Shown: piece after piece, positions 48,401 to 61,092 of the stretch
Layout: each line of letters opens with the position of its first letter
How positions within the stretch are numbered: the stretch's first letter is position 1
DNA from: Ylistrum balloti
Taxonomy: Eukaryota
Assembly (NCBI RefSeq): GCF_031769215.1
Contig: NW_026782276.1
Coordinates: forward strand, 1-64,000
Length of the DNA: 64,000 nt
Direction of reading: 5' to 3'
Program-made: the position numbers and the translations under genes
The notes under the pieces: generated by a model
The model's input: only the letters and a program-made list of their open reading frames with translations
Told to the model about the DNA's origin: nothing
Databases searched by the model: none

Positions 48401-49956
48401 AAGAGTTTTCAGATAATTATAGAGTACATATGTATAACCTATACTGTACAAATTTTCTAATGAATTGAAACGTTGCATGAAGCTTACGCAAAAAGCTCGG
48501 AAACTGCAAACAGTCCACCAGCAGTGTCTATCACTTGCTATCTCAAAGATTAAAAAAAAAAATAGCATTGTAACAGAATTAAACATAAGCCGAACGTAAT
48601 ATATGTTTCTCCCGTTTTACCCCATGCTAAGCCGTTCTATTCAGGGCACTACACCCTTATTAACTGGATGGCTAAATTACATGTCTCCTACGCCCATAAA
48701 TACATTTCACAACAACTATCTAGAAAAATTGTGTTTTGGTAAATATTGATGATTTAAAAAATGAAATTTGCATTTCAAATTTATTATATAAAACGACACT
48801 GATATTTAGCAACAGGGAACCACATATAGAGTTAACTGTGATATTTCTGATATCACGTGACACAACGTGATATAAATACTAATAAATAGTGTTGTGTTTT
48901 GTTGATTGTTAACATTGTCTAAGCGATTTCTAAATACAGTATCGGATCGTTTCTATCATTTTTCACTATTTTGTAATTTTTCTTCTTTATTTTTCACTAT
49001 GAAAGAAAAACAAAACTATGACATACCGTCGTCCTTCTGACTTCAGCGGAAACAAAATAGGCCTGTTTTTATGTTAATTAAAAAAAGAGATAGATACTCT
49101 TTATTTGGGGGTATGTATATTAACATCTGCGTCTGAAAAAAAACAACTATTGAACATTGCTTAGTATTCATCTGTGTATAAAATCTGTATAGAATATTCA
49201 ATTTCATTGCTACAATCACTTGTGTTGTTTTCAGGATGTTATTCATCATTGTCCTTCACGGATAATCTCTATGTATCAGGGTTATGGATTGTCCACAAAG
49301 ATTACAGATCTTCAAGTGTTGGATATAAGCTTGCAAAGACAATAAATCGATTTCCGGACAGAAATTATGCTGGATTTATCTGGCCACACATGCAGGACAA
49401 GATTAACATGATTACGAAAAGCAACACGACGCAAGCATACACCACCTGGTACAATAGCGGGCGGATTGAACAACATGTCGATCTAAATCCCAGGCATAAA
49501 CACGAAGAACAAGTTCTCATCCATCCCTTAAAACACTCCACATTGTCAGCTGTGATACAGTATGACACTCAGATTCACAAAGTTCCACGAAAAGCTTACA
49601 TCATTAATTGGATTTCTAATCCCCAATCAAAGACCTATGTTGCGGTAAAAGATGGCAAACTTTGTGGATATGCAGTTCTGAGGTTCCAGGACACATGCCT
49701 CCAAATCGCTCCACTTTATGCGAACAATGAGTATGTAGCTAACGAAGTATTTTTAAAAATTGCAAGTGAAGTTCCTAAGGGTTGCGTTGTTGGTTTCACG
49801 AGTCCATTAGAAAATAACGCAGCAACCAAATTAGCAGCGAGGTATGGAATGATGGGACAAGGAATGCCTCTGTTGATGGTATTCAGACACGATCCGATAC
49901 ATCTTGATATCAACAAAATATATGCTCTATCTTCTACATCGTTTGGTTTGTGTTAA
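45480..49956 (+). CDS. GNAT copy C. Exon 1 starts at 45480 with its donor deleted; exon 2 45652-45833; exon 3 49235-49956. Functional status uncertain.
   Basis: Exons 2 and 3 are open and AG/GT-bounded. A 15-bp deletion relative to copy B removes GAAAGGCAGTAAGTT. Confidence 0.7.
45920..47000 (-). mobile_element. Helentron-associated non-autonomous (HINE-like) element in GNAT-C intron 2
   Basis: Internal tandem units anchored by 'cttcaaaac.ctactcc' and a terminal palindrome AGGCCCATGGGCCT at ~46971. Absent from the A and B introns. Confidence 0.6.
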
Positions 49957-49959
49957 AAG

Positions 49960-50790
49960 AAATTTCAGTACAGTTGTGGTAACGCTGAACGCAAAATCGT
50001 CGTGTGTACGTCTTGCGCACGCACGCATGATACAATATCGTGCGCACAACTGTGCAATAGGATCTCACATTTTATTCGGTTTGGAAAAAACGGTTGGCTA
50101 ATAATATGGAAATTATGGAAATGAAAATTAAACGGAAATTCGTGCAGGTTTTACTAAATAGCGATCACATGAACATTATAACCTTCGAAAGTGGCGAGTA
50201 GTGGTAAGTTTACCTGAACACGGGTATATATGTGACAGGTCGGTATCCGTCCCGGCTGGATCGCCCATGTAACAAACACAACAGTTAAGACTTACCTGAG
50301 CATATATTTTTTGTTTGCAAAATGAATGAAAAATAAGAGTAATATAGAGGTAATGAAAATTGAATTTACTTTCTGACGGTATAAGAATTTAAGTGATTTA
50401 TTGATGTGACAAAGAGAGACGTCCATTTAATGTTTATATATTGTATATATAATGTGTGTCCGTACACTATGGCTAGTCACGTGTTGCTCTTTGTAAAGAA
50501 AACACTTAAAATTACGAGTGTATCTAGCTATTCTATATGTTTCTTATACATCTACAAGTGTGCAACCTACATATAAATGAATTGATTAGGACATATACTT
50601 AGTTGTGTTTTTATATTTTTAGAAAATTAAAAAACCCTATCCAACATTTATTAATAAGTCATTTCTTAATTTATATCTACCACGTTGAATCGCATATTTG
50701 TGCGATAGCTTATTTCGTCCAATTTTCCTATCACGTGTGTATAGTACATACATCGCACACACATCGCACATTGTGCTACGTTGTGGGATC
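49960..50790. mobile_element. MITE-like repeat with GTGCGATAG/ATCGCACA motifs; related copies at ~34480-35200 (inverted) and ~47720-47900
   Basis: Shared 'tgcgcacaactgtgc.atag.atc.cacattt' blocks. Termini are not resolved. Confidence 0.45.
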
Positions 50791-51027
50791 CTACAACAGT
50801 ATAGATACAATATACGAACCTCATAGCTTTCGGTCTTTACTTAAAAAGGGAACTGTGTTGATGCGGATGCAAACTGTTTCTTGGTTTGGCTCTCAAAGTC
50901 AAGGTCACAATTATTATGTATAGAAGTATTTCAATTAGCTATAACAGCTTCGATGATTTAATTCATTTGCATAATCCTCTGAAACGATGAATACTCACTT
51001 TCGAAAAAACTTTCAAACATTGAACTA

Positions 51028-52100
51028 CACTAAACAACTAAAGAAAGGTAACACTACTTTATTCTGTGATTAATTCATTAACCCCTTCATAAATCCTTAC
51101 CAATCATGTACGAATAAAGTAATTGATCAATTCTGATAAAACTGCAGTCATGGTTCATTATAAAACTTTGCGTTCAGTTGATTTTATTTGACTATAAAGG
51201 ACGTTGGGGTCAATTTCAAAGGTAACAACATTAGTAACGGGCATGGCCACCGTTTGCGAAGTGAACGGCATTGCAGCGTCGTGGAACTCGTAAACCGGCG
51301 GATAATTCGAGGAGAGATGTTGTTTCATTCAGCGATCAAGGCTTGGGCCAGCTCCTGCAAGTTTGACGTTCTCTCACACGTCGCCCAAGAACATCCCAGA
51401 CATGCTCAATCGGTGACAAATCAGGTGATTTAGATGGCCAATCTAACACCTGTACGTTATTCTGCTGCAAGAAAGTTCCGCTGACGCGACTGGTGTGCAC
51501 TGGTGCGTAATCCTGTTCAAAAATGGCGCCAACTCCATGGCGTCTTAAGAATGGCAGAACCACCGGTCTTAAAATTTCGTCCAGATATCGAATGCCGGTT
51601 AAATTGCCATTTAACACAACAAGCCTGGTACGAGTCCCCCCACAAATACCACCCCAAACCATTACACTTCCGCCGCCAAAGCGGTCCCGTTCTGCGACGC
51701 AGCAGTTCGCAAAACGCTCCCCTCGTCGCCTCCACACTCTCCGCCTTCCGTCATCGTGTTGCACACAAAACCTGGGCTCATCTGAAAACAGAATACTGTT
51801 CCATTGGCGTAAGGCCCAACGACGGTGAACACGAGTCAGGTTACGCCGATTATTGCGGTGACGTCGCAACAAATTGTGTCCAGTGTAGTAACGCCGCGCT
51901 TTCAATTGGTAGGCCCTCAACCTGTTACGGACTGTCTGGGGAGACATACAAACACGCCCAAACAATATCCTTGTAGTCTCTACTGCGGTTACGAATCGAT
52001 TGCGCACGTGTATCAATCGTATACGACGGTCATCCCTGGCGGTCGTTTTACGGGGTCGGCCGCTTCGGGGACGATCGGATGTTGACCCAGTTTGCAGTTC
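51028..52100 (-). mobile_element. 5'-truncated Tc1-like DD34E transposon
   Basis: DRPRSGRPR, FSDE, VMVWGGI, QDYAP, SPDLSPIEHVW, NGGHARY*. One terminus remains (TA|CACTAAACAACTAAAGAAAGG); C-terminal frameshifts. Confidence 0.9.
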
Positions 52101-53297
52101 GACGATGAAACAGAAGACGCTCAACATTCCGAAACACCTTGTCTTTTTCAGTGGTTTTCGTGTAAATCTTTGTTTTGTTTATACGTGCCTTCAGTGGGTA
52201 TTCTTTTATCTCCTTTTGTCATTCTCTATAATGACTTAATGATATATCTGTGTTGTTAACATGCATTTCATCTTTCATGTATATCATAACAATTGTCTAT
52301 TGGCAGATTTCCATAACTGTCAATACAGTAACAGCTTGAATCATTTCACATATGTGATATCAATTTTTATTCATTTTGAAACGTTTGTGAAACAATTTAT
52401 TTTAACTTTTACTAATAGTGCAAGGGGTGTTATTGTGAAAGAAAAACCGGAGAACCCATGAAAACCAACATGGCCGTGCAGATAATCCCTTGTTTACGTC
52501 CGTAATGGAAATCGAACCCCGGTTAGTGAGGTGAAAGGCGAATGCGTTACTACCACCCAACATTTCTCATTACTTCATAATGACCTATATATCAGACACT
52601 TTTAAAGTCGTTAGACATAGGACATGCGATTTTATTTATAATCGACCCCCTGATCTGTGAGGTGTGTCAAAGCATGTGAGCAATATAATTTGCCTCGCTC
52701 TATATGAAACAAATGAAATTTCAACATAACTATGCGAATTCATCTATTCTTTTTCATAGGAATGTGTTAATGTTGAAAGAATTCCGATGATGTAGTCGTC
52801 AAATAGATTTACTATAATAGCAATTTTATCAAAGCTGCTCCATATTTCAAGACACAAAAAAGACAATACAGTTTTCATATTTTCAAAAATTATGATTCAT
52901 ATGAGTCAATGCTAGCTCAATTACTTTTGACATCTTCAAAAGCACAAGAATAAAATGTGCCGACATTTTTTACCAATAACTACTTGGCCATGGCTCATGA
53001 TATTTATGTAGTAGCATGCTAGAGAAATTGAATTTCAACCTTGTTTTAACGAACCAACAGTTTATGTAACCTTCACAACAGGCGGGCGATTCAGACCAAT
53101 TCGGCCTCTTTGTTTTATTTAACTATCAACCAACAAACATTTGCCGCCAAGATTTTAAAAAATTTATTTTAAGTACATCCCCGAGAACATATCAACCTCA
53201 TTAAATATTAATCAAAAACATTAAGACTCTAACCATATCGCCTTGAAAAAGTCTATCAGAAGAAAATTCATCAGCTACGGAACAGTTAACATTATTG

Positions 53298-53343
53298 TAT
53301 GTGTGTGTGTGTGGATGTGTGTGTGTGAGGGTGTGTGTGTGTG
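53298..53343. repeat. Interrupted (GT)n microsatellite; a (CA)n tract also lies at ~60014-60038
   Basis: Read directly from the sequence. Confidence 0.9.
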
Positions 53344-53699
53344 TTATTTTTTTTTATTAAAACACCTTTTCAATACAAGAGTTTTAGGAAAGCGTTGCGA
53401 TTGGTAGTGATTTGTTAGTTGTTTGTTATCAACAAATCATGGCAGGAGAGAGCGTTAAATCAGCTTGAACACACGCGGCCTTAGAACTAACATTTCAGAA
53501 CTAAGACAGCAATTAACAGAACATCCCGATTTAGATATCATAAAATAATCAAAAAACTGAAATGAGAAAAGAAATAAATAGATTTAAATCACAGAAAAAA
53601 ATAGAATATTAAGAACCAATTCGATCTGACAAAAATGAGTTAGCGATGTACATAAAGATAATCTCTCGTTCTAAACGATTCAAATAAAAGCTGTATCGC

Positions 53700-54790
53700 C
53701 TAAAATTGAATTAACAGGTGCATGAATACATAATGATGATAAAGTCCCAGCAGCGTTTGAGATCTATATAAATCTCAGTGTGAAACTAAATGATTATGAC
53801 CTGATATCACCATGTCATATCCAGGGCTTTTAATGCAGCAAATTCGCGAAAAAGTACAAGTAAGCGGTGTGCCATCATAGAAGAATGGATATCAGAAATT
53901 AATTTGGTAATATTGAATTATTCCAGAACATGCTTGCCGTATGGATATGAGTTCTTGGAATACAAAAACCATGAAACTATATCAGGGTCAGATCATATCT
54001 TTATTATTTTGAAATTGGTTCTACACGATACGTCTTTGAATCAGGTCACACATACCTTGCAAAGTCGTTTAATGTCACTTTCAGATGTATGTCTATCGTA
54101 CATATACACTTCAATTGGAAACCATAGAATCTGCTACATCGAAATCAACATAAGTAGCTTTTCAGAAAGTTATATAATAAACATGATGGATAGCAACTTT
54201 CCTTAATATCTAACCTATGTTGTATACTTGTCGCAGATGATACAGTTTTCAAGAGGTTGTTCTCATTATCAACGATTTTAATACAAGATATAGTCAACAG
54301 ACGTACATTTGCAACACAGATTTTCAAAAGATGCAGGTTATTATGTAGGTTGAAAATTATTGGGAAATTTTACGGTCGTACAATGATGTAATTGAGAAAT
54401 CTTCTATGATATCACCATGACGAACACAAAACCTCACCATAACTTGAATCACTCCGCATCTGTTGAAATTCTGTATTACATATTAAAAAACATAAAACAC
54501 CTGTCATTTAAGTAAAGATGTTCTTACATCCGTATTAATTTCATTAAGATAACCTTGGATTTGTGCAAATTAGCAAAATGTAGCAGAGGAAGTGTAACGA
54601 TTGAATATTACAATATAGTATTTTAACGCCCTATATTGCACCCAATACTCATACTTGTACTTGCCATGTTCATCAATGCAGTGTATTTGATTAAATCGAC
54701 ACATACATACACTTTTTATTATTATACATTATACGCTAATGTATTACTAAAATACACAGATGGTATACTTTTAAATCATCGTTTATACTT
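53700..54790 (+). mobile_element. Degenerate Penelope-like element RT fragment plus 3' tail
   Basis: GHTYLAKSFNVTFR-like motif. The 54170-54790 segment is a direct repeat of 63390-63930. Confidence 0.6.
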
Positions 54791-55108
54791 GACCTTGACC
54801 TGCAATCAGTAGAAACTCCTATAACATCTTATCAAACCGCCCTTCCAGCATGACTGATAAAGTGACTTCGGTCAAATATATAGAAGCATTGTCAGCTTAA
54901 TAATACATTTTTTTTGTTATAAACAAGACGTTAATATAGACATCGTCACTGAAATTAACACATGGGCTTGAAGAAACAGTAAAATGATATATACAGACGA
55001 TCAACTACTCTAATAACCTTGATTAGCAAATAATGAGAGTTCACCTTCTTGTGTCAAAACGTTCGTATGCTAAAACGCGACATTGACATACGTGAACGCT
55101 TATTCTCC

Positions 55109-58100
55109 ATGTCATTTGATAAAAAAATCAAGATGGCATATGCTGTAGTTTTTATAATGGTGTTGGCTGTGACATTTGCCACTAATGATCAACAGGATTT
55201 GAAGTATGAGACCCTTCAATCTGAACTATCTGCTTTGAAGAATTACGTTTTGAAGATGAATGTTCAACTGGAGAATGTTCAAAAAAAGTATGACGACATG
55301 AGTGAGGAACTATGGAGTTTAAGGTAAATATTAGATCATAAAAGTAAGGGGAAGAGGGTATATTTCTATAATTGACTTGTTTCTTGTAATATTGTAAACA
55401 CCATTCGGTGATTTTTATTCAAATTAAAAACACATTCTGTAATCACTTTCCGTATTAGAAATGGTCACGTTCATAGTATATATGAAAATATCGGTTGAAA
55501 AATGTTATCGCCAGAGAAATTTAATGCAAAATAAAAAGGAAAGAGAAAGCCTTTTCGTACATGATAACCTTCCTACTTTCTGTGAAATAAGACTACCGTT
55601 GCTATTGGCGCTGCCTTTTTCAATATCCAAATTGTTAATTGTTAAACAACTATATAAATAACCTGTTATTTCAGTGTTACACTCAGTCGACCTCTATTAT
55701 CAAAATGTCATATGTAGTTGACCGTAAATTAATTTTTATGCTATGATTTGTGGTTTTCTTATATTTTGCTGTTTCTTAATCTATAACAATTGTTTGGCAA
55801 AACCACTTGCACAAATTTTCAAAGGCTGTTGTGAACCCTACAAACCATACCAAACCATACCAAATAAAGCCATTTCAAGTGAAATGGAATTTAGGGAAAG
55901 TGACCAAATCAAATTTTGCTTCAAAACTAAGAATAAAGTAGGTGTCATTTAAAAACAGGTAGCAGTTAAAAACACCAGTGGAATGACAAAATAGAGATAT
56001 AGAATAGGCAAACATGTAATAACACAGGCCCTAAGCAAATTTAGGATCATTTTTACTGACAGATCGGGGATATGTTTTGATTAACAAAAATAATCAGGAT
56101 ATATTTATAAATGAATCCCGTCTGAAAAACGTGTCATGTTAAAGGATCTTCTTTGTATGAATATGGATATTTCGAAATCTATATCGAACGGATATAAAAA
56201 ATGAAGCAATGTAAAATCAACTACATCCAATATAATTCCTTCTGCTTTAAAAGGAGTAAGCAAGGTATCGCTGACACCAAAACGCCACGAAAGGCAGACC
56301 AAATAGACAACTATCAACTAAAAATTCATGGAACGCAAACTCTGTTGAACAAGAGGTCAACAGGTAAGACCATTCTTCTAATTCACTGTAAGCACACATA
56401 AAACGGCAATTATCGCGCTAAACGTATTGTGCTAAATGTGATAGCGCTAGTAGTAGCTTTTTTATGTTGTTTACATAACAAATATTCTGGATTTGGGAAA
56501 TCTCCTTTGCGCAACATTATCAGAAAGTGGTCAAACGCTAAACTTCATTGCGCAAAATCAGGTATGTTAGTAATCCGTATATAATACTATCTGACAGATT
56601 TTTGGGATACAATGAAGTTCTTTCTACTTCAAACAGTAACTAAAAATTCAAACAGTAATTTCATAGGTTTGTGCTGTTGACAGTACGTAAGTATCGGAAA
56701 AAATCCGTAGTGTCACGTACCTGTAAGTTAACCGAGTGTTATATATACTATTCAATATGATTAATACGTTGTATGCTTTATTTACAGTTTATTCTCCTAC
56801 GTTCCAATTGCCAAGTGTTTGGAACGTATCGAAAGGTAGGATATTAATTCATTGTAGTCATTGCAATGTTTGATAAACATTATCTTTTTTATTATCATTT
56901 TTTGAAGCATTATCAAATTTCGAGGCAACATTTAATTCTATGATTACATTAATTGAAATATATTTCTAAGCAGTGTCAAAAGGACAGAAAGGAGAACCAG
57001 GTCTCGGAGGGCCTAAAGGAGACAGTGGAAGAATGGGTTTTCCTGGTCTGAAAGGGAACAACGGACCAAAAGGCGACAGAGGAAAAGTTGGAATTACGGG
57101 GCCCAAAGGAGACATGGGATCGCCAGGATTAGAAGGACAAAAAGGTAGCACTGGAGCAAAGGGAAGTAAAGGAGATACAGGAAGACCCGGAAGAAATGGG
57201 CAAAAGGGGGATATCGGACCAGCAGGTGCCCGTGGTATTACTGGACCTATCGGTCCGAAGGGAGACGTTGGGATACCTGGAGCAAATGGCCACAGAGGAT
57301 CGACAGGGCATCATGGGACATCACCTAGTCAAGGTAAATAGACTAATGATTTCAGTTTTTCCGTCACATTTCTCGATCTAATTGCTTTATATTTGTTTCT
57401 AATAGACTGATAAGGTTTTTGTAAGTATAACTAGCATTTATTTTCATTAAGGTATCGTTAGTCTTCGGAGTATTGTTCATCACACTTTGACAATCGTAAA
57501 AATACTGTTGTGAACGGCATTTTAGTTTATGTATAGTTTCAAAGATTCCGGGTAGCTAGCTCCTGGAAGGCCCCATATCTTGCCTATACCAATATTTAAC
57601 CTTCAGTTATCGTGAGATTCCAGAGCAAATCAGACGCCGTTACCAGTTCTTCCGGGTCTGTGTAATAATACAGTCATGCAAACACAATAATTTATTTACA
57701 CTACTCGATGTTACAACATTGGTGCCAGAAATGGGATTGTTTCTGAACCCGATAATCCAGAGAAATTATTTCAATGCGCTGTATTATTTTTTACTAGCCG
57801 GAGTTGTGTTTGCGGCGATCGTCACTGTTCGAATTATTTTATATGTGTTTCTTTGGTTGGATTAGGTGAGACAATCTTACCAGCCGTATTGCAATTCCGA
57901 AATCATTTTGAATGGCTATACTTACACTTTACAAGAAATATCAAATCCTTTAGTGAAAATGCACTAGAGTAGAAAAGTGCCATTCAGGTAAATGACGTAA
58001 GTATATTTGTTTTTGGTGTTTTTATCCAATTTTTACACAGGTAATCTCGGGATTACTTTTTTCGTGCCAATTTTTATGCATATTTGATTTGCCGGCTCAT

Positions 58101-61092
58101 TGGTGTATTGTAAAATTTATTTGTGTTGTGGGAGTGGAATCAAGAACTTCGTTGAAATTATATTTTTATACATTCAGATTTTGAAGTCTTTCGGTGTATA
58201 TATTTACTCTTTGGTTGCTCACTTTGAATCAATATGACCTACAAAATTTGGAATGGGACTTTGTTCGAGTCAGATTTCTGGCATTGTCTTGCTTGTTTTT
58301 CCCCTTTACCTGCACCATGGATGTTCCCGTATAGTTTGTGTATTTTAGGTTTCAAACTATTATTGTTCAAGACGGATACTCTGGCTTGTTCAGTTATCTG
58401 GCTGTATGCTATTTATGTTGTAAAATAGTGATTGGTGTGTCATTGTACAAACAACTAAAACATGATCCTCTGATAGTGGTTGTTGCTTATTTGTGGTGTT
58501 TGCACTTGTATTGTAGTTTATTTGTGTATATATTCATGTCGTCATTATTACAATATTCTGTACCGTTGGAACTGTGTAAGCTGCAGCCCTCACGTGCTAT
58601 CCAATTGTACCTTCTAGTAGGACACTTGGGCAATATGGCAGTATGTTGATAGGCTAGGAAAGCTTGTTGGAACTGTGTAAGCTGCAGCCCTCACGTGCTA
58701 CAAAACCTTCTAGTAGGACACTTGAACAATAAGCTGAGAGGATAGTAAAACTTGTTGAAATGTGTAAGCTGTATGTACTATAAAATATTCTGACACGAAA
58801 TACGATGAAATAAGACATGATATGCACGCACATTCATAAAATAAGAGAAGGCAGATGAAAAGGAAGGTTTGATCGCAGCAGCTTTCCTTGGGACAGATAG
58901 TAAAGACATCCGTTGGCAAAATCAGATATTGAGAGAAGCGATGGAGTTCTTGGCACTGTGCACTGTATTCTCTGTATTCTCTTAATCATCTTCAAAAAAA
59001 GTAACACATTTATCTTGTCAGTAACATCACATTGAACAGCATACTGATATTCAAGCACTAGTAAAATCGACTTTTCTGCTTCCCACAGTTCCAATATCAT
59101 GCATTCCCATATTGACATCCGCGGTGCCCAGATTCGGAAACATTATTGTTGGGAATGGGTTAAACAGAGTCCTAGTTTTAGAAAATCAAATGTTTTAAAT
59201 TGAGAATGTGTGTATGCAGCATATATTGTAACTCAGATTTGCGAAAACGTATAAATGCTCGTGCATTTTACTGGGTTTAGTGGCATGGTATGTCACTCAT
59301 TCATTTTAGAATTGGATATGATCGGTTTTGCATCACACCATAATATTGTATTTTTACAGCTATATGTTGTTTATGATACATTGTTCTCTTAGCAAACGGA
59401 GAGGAATGTTGTGAAACGGCATTATAGTTTACGTATAGGTCCGAGGATTCCGGGAAGTTAACACCCTGAAGGCCTCGAATCTCGTCTATACCCATGTTAT
59501 ACCCTCAGTTATCGTGAGACCACAGAGCAATTAAGACAGAAACTTACACCACACAACTTTACAACCATACCATAGTCGGTTATTCTCGTGGGGATGATAT
59601 TTGCACTATTTCGCGGTAAACTAACGTGATCGCGGAAACTTATTCCATAAAATAATGACCCATGAGTGTATCAAATGTCCGTTTACACACAGATCGTGAG
59701 ATTTAACTTCATTTAAATATTATTCGTTTTTTGTTTTCGATGCTAACCATTATTATACATAGTCATCTTTGCTGAGTGTATTGTATGTTACTGTTAGGTC
59801 CCTTCTTTCTACCTTTCCTGCTTTTTTGTACTTAAAAGTGGCCCATCCGATGTATTGGTGTATCAGACGTAATTATTGCTGTGCAATTCATTACTCAAAT
59901 GAATTAACGTTAAACGCATTCTAAAAGCTGCTGAACATCCAGCTTACTATTATTGTTGTGTTTGTACGTGTATATCCCTCTGTGTCATTATCGACGTCCA
60001 CAATAGCTAAATACACACACACACACACACACACACACAAATGTATAAAGTTTATCATAATTAATTTAGATTTTTGTCTTCTTATCTTTTTCTTTTGGTA
60101 TAATCATGAGTTATAAGTAAGGCCATTTTTCAGACCTTAACACCATTTTCTCAGCTAGACATGTTAACATAAAGAAATATGTAACTCCCGAACGTTTATT
60201 TGTATATAAGTTAGCTTCAAATAACAATTTCATATAAAAGGTAAAGTATTTCCAATCGCTAAGGTGGATAAACCTATCAAAACTGCGTTGTTTTTGCAGT
60301 AACCTAGATTTCCACGGAAAGAATAAGCACCATTTGCAATTTTAACTCATTTTGTTCAAACAAGGTCACAGCATTTGCCGATATCAATATTCCCAGATGT
60401 CTTTGTGATACCTACACAATAAGTGTATGGAACAACAGATCTAGCAGAGATCATGAAAAAAGGGGGAAATACTGCTTAACTTTTTAAAAATTGTCATGAA
60501 AAAGATGACTTTATGTAAAATCGTTAATATAATGATGATAATATAAGAGCATGCAAATAGACAAATTAAAACTGAAATAAGAAAAAGATTGGGGACATAA
60601 ATTAAGTGGGTGGAGAAACGCTTTGATAGATTCCATCTTACTTTTAACCCTATTTGATAATATATATCTGCCATTTATCAAGAGACAACGGCTTTACCAT
60701 GTAGTTGGTTGTTTTCAGGAACGAAGATCTCGTTTGCTGCGGAGAGTAAAGTGAAAATGGGGGCCAAGAGGCACAGCTCACGTTTGGCATTTCATTCACT
60801 CTACTGGAACGATGGAAATAGCTTCGATCGATCGAATGGAAAATTTTCTTGTCGTGAGCCTGGAGTTTACCTGTTTACAATGAGTATAGCTCCAACTGTA
60901 ACAGAGAAGACCGTGTTTATGCTCTTTCGTAACGATCAAGTTTGGCATAGTATAACGAGTACAAATAACACTGGCTCTGTCACAGGGATCGCTCGATTGG
61001 CTCAGAGAGATACGGTCTCTGTTAGGGTACAAGGAAATCACCATAATATCGCGCCAATCTGCTATTTTGAAGGCGTTCTACTTTATCAATAA
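55109..61092 (+). CDS. Secreted coiled-coil + collagen + C1q-domain protein of ~368 aa. Exons 55109-55323, 56254-56363, 56788-56835, 56971/56974-57333, 60719-61092.
   Basis: Signal peptide AYAVVFIMVLAVTFA, heptad-rich segment, 38 uninterrupted Gly-X-Y triplets, and gC1q motifs ISFAA, F....WNDGNSFD..NGKF.C..PGVYLF, L...D.V.V, FEG.LL. Splice phases 2,1,1,1 are consistent. Confidence 0.88.
58566..58780. repeat. ~100-bp tandem repeat, about 2.3 copies
   Basis: 'gttggaactgtgtaagctgcagccctcacgtgcta...ccttctagtaggacacttg' is repeated. Confidence 0.8.

Noticed and set aside
33191-49956. cDNA-mediated conversion to explain higher exon than intron identity between A and C
   Set aside because: The synonymous differences counted in exon 3 roughly match intron divergence, so purifying selection is enough.
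51503-52085. Plus-strand ORFs up to 157 aa
   Set aside because: Antisense shadows of the GC-richer Tc1 transposase.
56966-57381. Pro-rich minus-strand and alternate-frame ORFs
   Set aside because: Shadows of the collagen Gly-X-Y codons.
58834-59160. Possible PAN/apple-like antisense exon in the C1q intron
   Set aside because: Several stops and only a loose Cys pattern; unsupported.
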